Below, piece by piece: positions 34,732 through 41,823 of a stretch of 41,823 bases of DNA. The DNA is from Octopus sinensis (lineage: Eukaryota): positions 1 through 41,823 of the forward strand of contig NW_021832333.1 in assembly GCF_006345805.1 (NCBI RefSeq). Reading direction: 5' to 3'. Made by a program: the position numbers and the translations under genes. Position 1 is the stretch's first letter. The number at the start of each line of letters is the position of its first letter. The notes beneath the pieces are model-generated. The model saw only the letters and a list, made by a program, of their open reading frames with translations. It made no database searches and had not been told where the DNA came from.

Positions 34732-34943
34732 GAGTAATCCCTCGCCATATCGCGGTTCACCTATCGCGGTTTGTTATTTAAATTTACATTGTTTTGCATT
34801 TATAATAAAAATAAATATATACAAATTATAAAAAATAATTTTTAAAAATATACAGTACAGTACTGTTTCTAGTTCGCGGATTTTCACCTATCGCGGTGGG
34901 GAGAGAGTTGGACTGTAACACCTGCAGTAGTCGAAGGATTACT
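34732..34943 (-). mobile_element. Tigger/pogo-type MITE, same family as 22-208
   Basis: gagtaatccctcgccatatcgcggttcacctatcgcgg...tagtcgaaggattact is the reverse complement of the 22-208 element. Confidence 0.85.
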
Positions 34944-35270
34944 ATATGCACACATACACACACACACTCACACACACACACACACTCACACATATACACA
35001 TGGATAAAGGGACATATGCAGATATACATATAAAAATGTGTGTGTGCGCGTATGTGTGTGTGAGTGTATGTGTGTATGTTTGTGGGATTTTCGGGCGCCT
35101 GTATGTGTTTTGCATTAATCTAGGTACAGCAGCTTCAAACATACCAAATATATATTTCCATGGACTTTCGTGAAGAACATGTGAACACGTCTAATAATTG
35201 CCAATTTCCATACAAAATAAATAAATAAATAAATAAATAAAACTTTCTGTGTTTAATACATTCTTAAGAT

Positions 35271-35458
35271 AAGGCGGCGAGCTGAGCTGGCAGAAACGTT
35301 AGCACGCCGGGCGAAATGCTTAGCAGTATTTCGTCTGCCGCTACGTTCTGAGTTCAAATTCCGCCGAGGTCGACTTTGCCTTTCATCCTTTCGGGGTCGA
35401 TTAAATAAGTACAAGTTACGCACTGAACCCGGAACCGTGTGGTTACCACACAGCCACT
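35271..35458 (+). mobile_element. Family A SINE (35271-35424) fused to a reverse family B head fragment
   Basis: Near-consensus family A up to agttacgcactg, then aacccggaaccgtgtgg-ttaccacacagccact (family B minus). Confidence 0.85.
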
Positions 35459-35484
35459 ACTAAACCTGCACACACACACGCACA

Positions 35485-35519
<35 letters not shown>

Positions 35520-35520
35520 G

Positions 35521-35574
<54 letters not shown>

Positions 35575-36134
35575 TTGCACTTTATATATATACATGCATA
35601 TGTATGTATGTATGCATGTACGTACATACATCACTTACACTACATCACTACATTAAAAATTATAACACCTTTCTTAATGCTTATATTTGTATAAATATTT
35701 AAGTATTACTGATCTAATTATGCTGTCGCTGTTTTCCTCTGCATGTGCCATTTACCACTTTTCACTGGCAATGACATTAGTGAATTGGGAGCATCATTCC
35801 TGTTTTAAGAACACTTTATCCGATTAAAAGAACCAACGATGGAAACATGTCAGCCTGTAGGACATTCATCCGGATCCTTTTACTTGTTGATTTGTGAATC
35901 ATTAAACGAAATTTCGTTCAGGTGTCAAAGTATTATTGAATTACTTGAGGTGGGAATGACAGAATAGTTTTCGATGGGGAAGCACGTCTGTGAATATGGT
36001 AACATATGTGTAGTCGTTTCTAATACAAGAACTGTATTTGTTTTCTGTAACCAGATAACGGTTAGAGACAGGTAGATACAGGCATAGTTGTGTAGTTAGG
36101 TATTTTGAATATCAAATCAATGCCTGTTCGGGTT

Positions 36135-36240
36135 GGTGAGCCGGAGCTATCACTGAGAACACTCGCCCAAGGTGCCAGGCAGTGGAACTGAACCTGAGAC
36201 CATGTGGTTGGAAAGTAAGCTTCCTAACCATTTTGCCATG
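36135..36240 (-). mobile_element. Decayed family B SINE head
   Basis: cccaaggtgccaggcagtggaactgaacctgagaccatgtggttgg...cttcctaacca. Confidence 0.65.
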
Positions 36241-36637
36241 TCTCTAGAATTCTGTTTGTACTATAGATCATTGCACATTAATCTTCCTTTCACCTGCGAT
36301 TACTACTTGACAATATTTATCTCTGATTGACCTACACAGAATCTCTATTACAAACATTAGCAACATGAATGAATTCGCTCTCATATAGAAATGGTTTGTT
36401 ATGTAAACAGATGTGCCAAGATCATACCCTGTTCATAATTAAGACCACAATTACAACGCTGCTCTATCCAATTAACTTGGAAATAGTTTGAACTACAATA
36501 TGCTTGAGTTATTAAGAGATATCGGATGTGCTTAACATTCTCATTTGAGGACAGTGACCATCATTTCATGCTCGTTGTAATTTTAATAAGCCACCGAGTG
36601 TAAAGCGTACTAGCAGCTTATTATTAATGTTATTATT

Positions 36638-37311
36638 AAGACAGCGAGCTGGCAGAAACGTTAGCACGCTGGGCGAAATGCTTACCGGTATTTCGTCTGC
36701 CGTTAAGTTCTGAGTTCAAATTCCGACGAGGTCATCTTTGCCTTTCATCCTTTCGGGGTAGATAAATTAAGTACCAGTTACGCACTGAGGTCGATATAAT
36801 CGACTTAATCCATTTGTCTGTCCTTGTTTGTTCTCTCTGTGTTTAGCCCATTGTGAGTAGTAAAGAAATAGGTATTTCGTCTGTCGCTACGTTCTGAGTT
36901 CAAATTCCGCCGAGGTCGACTTTGCCTTTCATCCCTTCGGGGTCGATTAAATAAATACCAGTTTCGCACTGGGGTCGATATAATCGACTTAATCCGTTTG
37001 TCTGCCCTTGTTCGTCCTCTCTGTGTTTAGCCCCTTGTGGGTAGTAAAGAAATAGGTATTTCGTCTGTCGCTACGTTCTGTGTTCAAATTCCTCCGGGGA
37101 CAACTTTACCTTTCATCCTTTCGAGGTCGATGAATTAAGAACCCTTTACGCACTGGGGTCGATCTAATCGCCTCGACACCTCCACCGAGGTCGACTTTTC
37201 ATCCTTTCGGGGTCGATAAAATAAGTATCAGTTGCGTACTAGGGTCGATCTAATCGACTGGCCGTCTCCCACAAAATTTCGGGCCTTGTTCCTAGAGTAG
37301 AAAAGATTATT
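36638..37311 (+). mobile_element. Family A SINE, multimeric form (184-bp internal units)
   Basis: ggtatttcgtctg starts at 36687, 36871 and 37055 (period 184); a fourth partial unit from ~37185 carries the terminal ggccttg...agtagaaaagattatt end. Confidence 0.9.
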
Positions 37312-37312
37312 A

Positions 37313-37528
37313 AGGCGGCGAGCTAACAGAAACGTTAGCATTCCGGTTAAAATGCTTAGCGGCATTTCGACCGTCTTTGCGGTTTGAGTTCAAATGCTGT
37401 AGAGGTCGACTTTGCCTTTCATCCTTCTAGAGTCGATAAAATAAGTACCAGTTGAGTACTAGGGGCCGATCTAATCAACTTTTCTCTTCTCCGAATTTGC
37501 TTAGACTAGTGCCAACATTTAAAACCAT
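37313..37528 (+). mobile_element. Family A SINE
   Basis: ggcggcgagctaacagaaacgttagc...gagttcaaat...ctagtgccaacatttaaaacc. Confidence 0.85.
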
Positions 37529-37534
37529 TATCAA

Positions 37535-37748
37535 TGCGATGACCTGCCGAATCGTTAACACGCCGGGCAAAAACTTAGCGGCGCTCGGACTCCTTTACGT
37601 TCTGAAATCTAATTCTGGCGGGGTCCGAATTTGTTTCTCATCATTTCGGGATCAATAAAATGAATACCAGTTGAGCATTGGAGTGAATGTAATTGACTTC
37701 GGTCCCGACCTCCAAAAAATTGCTGGCCTAGTGCCAAAATGTGAAGCC
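37535..37748 (+). mobile_element. Family A SINE (older)
   Basis: ctgccgaatcgttaacacgccgggc...ttacgttctgaaatc...ggcctagtgccaaaatgtgaa. Confidence 0.75.
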
Positions 37749-37899
37749 AATATATGACAACGAATTTTAACTTGTGTTCTCCAGAATTCTTTTAAAACAA
37801 TCGACAGAGGCGGGGGACGAGAAAGCTTCTACGTAGACGCTCAACATAACAGAAAAAGGAATTGAGTCTCCCTGAATATATATATATATATATATATAT

Positions 37900-38157
37900 C
37901 ACCGTGAACACCGTAACCGACCAGGCTATCAGATGTTGCTACACATCACTGGTCACGATGCGCTTCGCATTGTTTTAGCCTTCAAATGACGCCACCGCGC
38001 TGGCCGAGCGAGCAGGCCAACAGAAGAAAGAGTGAGAGAAAGTTGTGGCGAAAGAGTACAGCAGGAATCACCAACACCCCCTGCCGGAGCCTCGTGAAGC
38101 TTTAGGTGTTGTCGCTCAATAAACACTCACACGCCCGGTCTGGGAATCGAAACCGCG
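37900..38157 (-). mobile_element. Family D-headed SINE with a different 3' body (head truncated)
   Basis: 38017-38157 matches family D (gaaagagtgagagaaagttgtggcg...gggaatcgaaaccgcg); 37900-38016 lacks the V-like segment of other D copies. Confidence 0.75.
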
Positions 38158-38175
38158 AACATATAATATATATAT

Positions 38176-38285
<110 letters not shown>

Positions 38286-38597
38286 CAGTTGTAAAATGTA
38301 AAACATAACTCTCACCACTACCACATCAATCTGAAGATTGTATAGTTTAATGCCAGAAAGTACTAGTTCAATCAGAATGGACATTCAATATTCTATCACT
38401 TCATTATACTATATTATGTTATACTACAACAATAATGTAAATAAAACGTGAAAATCAGACAAAGCTGGAATTTTTTAGTAATGTATTCTTCTATACACAA
38501 TCATACACACCCGCGTATATATATATATATATATATATAAAGAGAGAGAGAGAAATATTTATGCATACACGAACGCATAGAATGGGGGGGAAGACGA

Positions 38598-38618
38598 TAG
38601 ATAGATAGTTAGATAGAT

Positions 38619-38665
<47 letters not shown>

Positions 38666-38679
38666 TTAGATAGTAATAA

Positions 38680-38714
<35 letters not shown>

Positions 38715-38723
38715 TAGATCGAA

Positions 38724-38756
<33 letters not shown>

Positions 38757-38887
38757 GACAGACAGAGATAGATAGATAGATATAGATAGATAGATAGATA
38801 GATAGTTAGTTAGTTAATAGATAGATAGATAGCATAGATCGATAGATAGATAGATAGATAGATATATAGATATTAGATGAGATAGAC

Positions 38888-38928
<41 letters not shown>

Positions 38929-38932
38929 CCAC

Positions 38933-38971
<39 letters not shown>

Positions 38972-39000
38972 GAGATAATAGATAGATAGATAGATAGATA
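38598..39000. repeat. (GATA)n microsatellite
   Basis: Directly visible. Confidence 0.95.
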
Positions 39001-39640
39001 GACTTATACATATATTCGTGTGCATGCATATATACACGCTTTCGTTTTAAATAACGAAATATAATGCAATTTGGCTCTGTTTTCCGTCTTCATCAGCTCT
39101 ATATACATTAATTTAACACTGGCGCTGCTTCTCATTTTCTTTTACACGATTCCAATTTCAAACCAATAGAGAACTACTAACAGGTGTCAAATCTTGTACA
39201 ATTAAGTCTTTGTTCTACGAAGCTTCTTTGTTCTACTAATGATACCTACATTATACAAATATAATTGTACTTTAAACTAATAACTTCTTTTGTACTTTAG
39301 TTTCCGCAGTGTATAATTACTTATGGCCGCCAGGGCTGTTCGACATGAACATTAGTTGAATATGTGTTAATATGAAAGATTAAAAAGGGGAGATTATCAG
39401 TCTCGTTTTGAAAAGTGAAGCAGTGAATTCTCTGGGGGTATACAGCGAATTTTACGGATACATAGAATATATGCTGAATTGCGATTCTTTTCCTTGTTAC
39501 TCATGAAATAGGACAATGTGTAGTGAAGGAATGACATTATCATAGAAATGAAAACCCTTTCGCTTATAAGTATACTGGGGCGTTTATGTGTGTATAAGAA
39601 TATTTTATATATATTGATATGTATATATTATGTATATGCA

Positions 39641-39776
39641 TGTGTTCCTTTCTGTGGAAGAGTGTAGGCTCGAAACGTTAAAGACCTTTTCATTTCCCGA
39701 GCGTTATACTAATACATCTGTTTGTTGTCTACACCACCTGTCTTCGTCGTTTGTTTTTTTTTTGTGAATTCTCTTC
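39641..39776 (+). mobile_element. Short element with a hammerhead-like motif (copy 1)
   Basis: cttt-ctgtggaa-gagt-gtag-gctc-gaaacgtt-aaag (39648-39683); direct repeat with 40230-40416. Confidence 0.6.
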
Positions 39777-40229
39777 ATATATATATAACATATATATGTG
39801 TGTGTGTTTGTGTGTGTGTGTGCATGTGTGTATGCGTATGTGTGTGTGTGTGTGTATGTGTGTATACATATATGGGTACAGGAGGTCACTAAAAGTAAAC
39901 AATATGAAATACGGAAACAATTGAGTTCAATACTCAAATAACGAGAGAAACAACTGGAAATCAAGACAAGTAACATAAAGAATGACCCTTCATCATTTGT
40001 CGGCTGTCTATCCACTCCTCATTTCGAACAGTGAACGACAATATGAGTCTTCGAAGACAGTTGCTCCCATAAGTATCAAAATATATTTTGGGATTTATGG
40101 AGGGTCAAAGTTGGGAAAAAAAACAGGCCAATGAAAACAAACATGAAGGGGGCCGTTAGACCAGAACGAGAGGAAAATAGCAAAACGCTGAAGTAGATTT
40201 TTCTACTACAGCGTTTACTATATATATAT

Positions 40230-40416
40230 CATGATAGATTGCTAACCTCTACACATTCTTTATTTTCTCTTCTTGTTTCTTTCTGCGTTCCTTTCTGTGA
40301 AGGAGCGTAGGCTCGAAACATTAATGACTTTTTCACTTCCCGAACGTTAAACTAATACATCTGTTTGTTGTCTACACCACCTGTCTTCGTCTTTTGTTTT
40401 TTTTTTGTGAATTCAC
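40230..40416 (+). mobile_element. Short element with a hammerhead-like motif (copy 2)
   Basis: cttt-ctgtgaag-gagc-gtag-gctc-gaaacatt-aatg (40291-40326); shares ...cccgaRcgttaWactaatacatctgtttgttgtctacaccacctgtcttcgtc with copy 1. Confidence 0.6.
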
Positions 40417-40540
40417 TATATTTAATATATGTGTGTGTGTGTGTGTGTGTATGTATGTGTATGTATATATGTGTATGTATGAATGTATGTATGTATGTAT
40501 GTATATACATAGATACATATATACGTACATACATACATAC

Positions 40541-40695
40541 TGCAGGCTTCTTTCCGTTTCTATCTACCAAATCCACTAAAGATGCTTTAGTCGACGCGAC
40601 GCTGTTGTTGAAGACATTTGCCCAAGGTGTCACGTTGTGGTACTGAACCCGAAATTATGTGTTTGTGTAGCCGACTTTTTACCAAGCAGCCACGC
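40541..40695 (-). mobile_element. Family B SINE, 5' half (decayed)
   Basis: ggcttctttccgtttctatctaccaaatccac...gacatttgcccaaggtgtcacg...actgaacccg...cagccac, with the (TG/TA)n on its left. Confidence 0.75.
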
Positions 40696-41339
40696 ATCTG
40701 CATGTGTATATGCTTGCCTTTGTGTGCGTGTGTGTGTGCGCGCGCGCGTGCGTATCACTTTTATTAATAACATTTCGGTTATAGATTACTCTTAGATAAT
40801 AACCAGTGAAATATTTCGTTTTCTCTCATTCTCATTCTCTTTTTCTCTCTCTAATTCCCCCTCTCTCTCTCTCACTTCTTTCCGAGATCTAAACAATCAT
40901 AGAATACCTACGAATTACACATTACACTTCCATTTATTAATCTTCACTCGCCATTTTTATTCTTTCCCTTTAAAAACAACGGAATTTAAACCAAAACAGA
41001 AAAAAGAGCAACGGAAATACAAACAATAAAAACAAAACAAAAAAGAGGTGTCGTAAAAAGATATTTAAAAAATTATTTTCAAAAAAAAAAAGCAGTTATC
41101 CTGAAGAGAAATTCAATTCAATTTTGATAATGAGTAGTTTTAACTTAATTAAATTTTGTGTGCATAGATGTGACTGATTTGCATAGAGAACACCACTCAA
41201 ATAAAAGCGATGATGTATAAAGCATATACATAAATAGAATAATTACTCAAATATTCTTTCGAATATTTACGCATACATATACACACCGCGCATAAACAAT
41301 CGCACGAATACGTAGCACACACACGCACACACATTTATT

Positions 41340-41398
41340 GTATTTTATATATATATATATACACACATATGTGCATGTATATGTATATAAGTGTATAT

Positions 41399-41429
<31 letters not shown>

Positions 41430-41506
41430 ATATGCATGTATATAGAACATATATAATACACATATATATATACAGATATATATACATATATATACATAAT
41501 ATATGC

Positions 41507-41539
<33 letters not shown>

Positions 41540-41707
41540 CATATTATATATATATACATATATAATCATACATACATATATATATATACATATATATACA
41601 TATATATATACATATATATACATATATATATATATGATATATATAGTATCTATCTATCTATCTATCGATCTATCTATCTATCTATCTATATATATATATA
41701 TATATAT
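41340..41707. repeat. Compound (TA)/(CA)/(TATC)n microsatellite
   Basis: Directly visible. Confidence 0.95.
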
Positions 41708-41823
41708 AGGCAGGCGCAGCATAGTTACACATGCTCACATGAACGCGTGCGAAACATTTTCTTTGAAGAAGCTTTCATAACATGTTTTTCAAATTAAATC
41801 ATACATGCAATATGTGTTTGCTT

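Noticed and set aside
36687-37240. CRISPR-like array
   Set aside because: Units are 184-bp SINE sequence without unique spacers, in a eukaryotic context with no cas genes.
39038-39100. Minus-strand CTGATGAAG ... GAAAGCG hammerhead candidate
   Set aside because: No coherent stem II or stem I could be paired.
39985-40030. Minus-strand atgatgaaggg / cgaaat hammerhead candidate
   Set aside because: Core mutated, motifs in the wrong order for type I, and no supporting stems.

Overview
Very AT-rich, repeat-saturated eukaryotic non-coding DNA. It is most likely octopus: this is inferred from my recollection of the SINE families and from the extreme (TA)n/(CA)n/(ATT)n/(GATA)n load, not from a search. 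I cannot identify any host gene. Nearly all ORFs in the supplied track are microsatellite artefacts. The only recognisable protein relics are retrotransposon fragments: a Penelope-like GIY-YIG endonuclease region (5327-5930), an RTE-clade C-terminus (7635-8290) and an R4/Dong-clade CCHC + restriction-like endonuclease region (15691-16275). The window holds about 35 tRNA-derived SINE copies in several families (my working labels A-E), several MITEs and a Helentron-type HINE. The main unexplained signal is hammerhead ribozymes (HHRs). (1) A ~590-bp tandem array with an inverted arm (33016-34682) carries three intact minimal type I hammerheads with a palindromic stem III and a GUC site, a retrozyme or Penelope pseudo-LTR architecture predicted to release a ~589-nt RNA monomer. 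(2) A tRNA-headed SINE-like element ends in an intact minimal hammerhead (4644-4918). (3) Several degenerate hammerhead-like motifs occur elsewhere, including an inverted pair. All structures were folded by eye. Catalytic activity and expression are untested, and a long-read assembly artefact must be excluded for the array.
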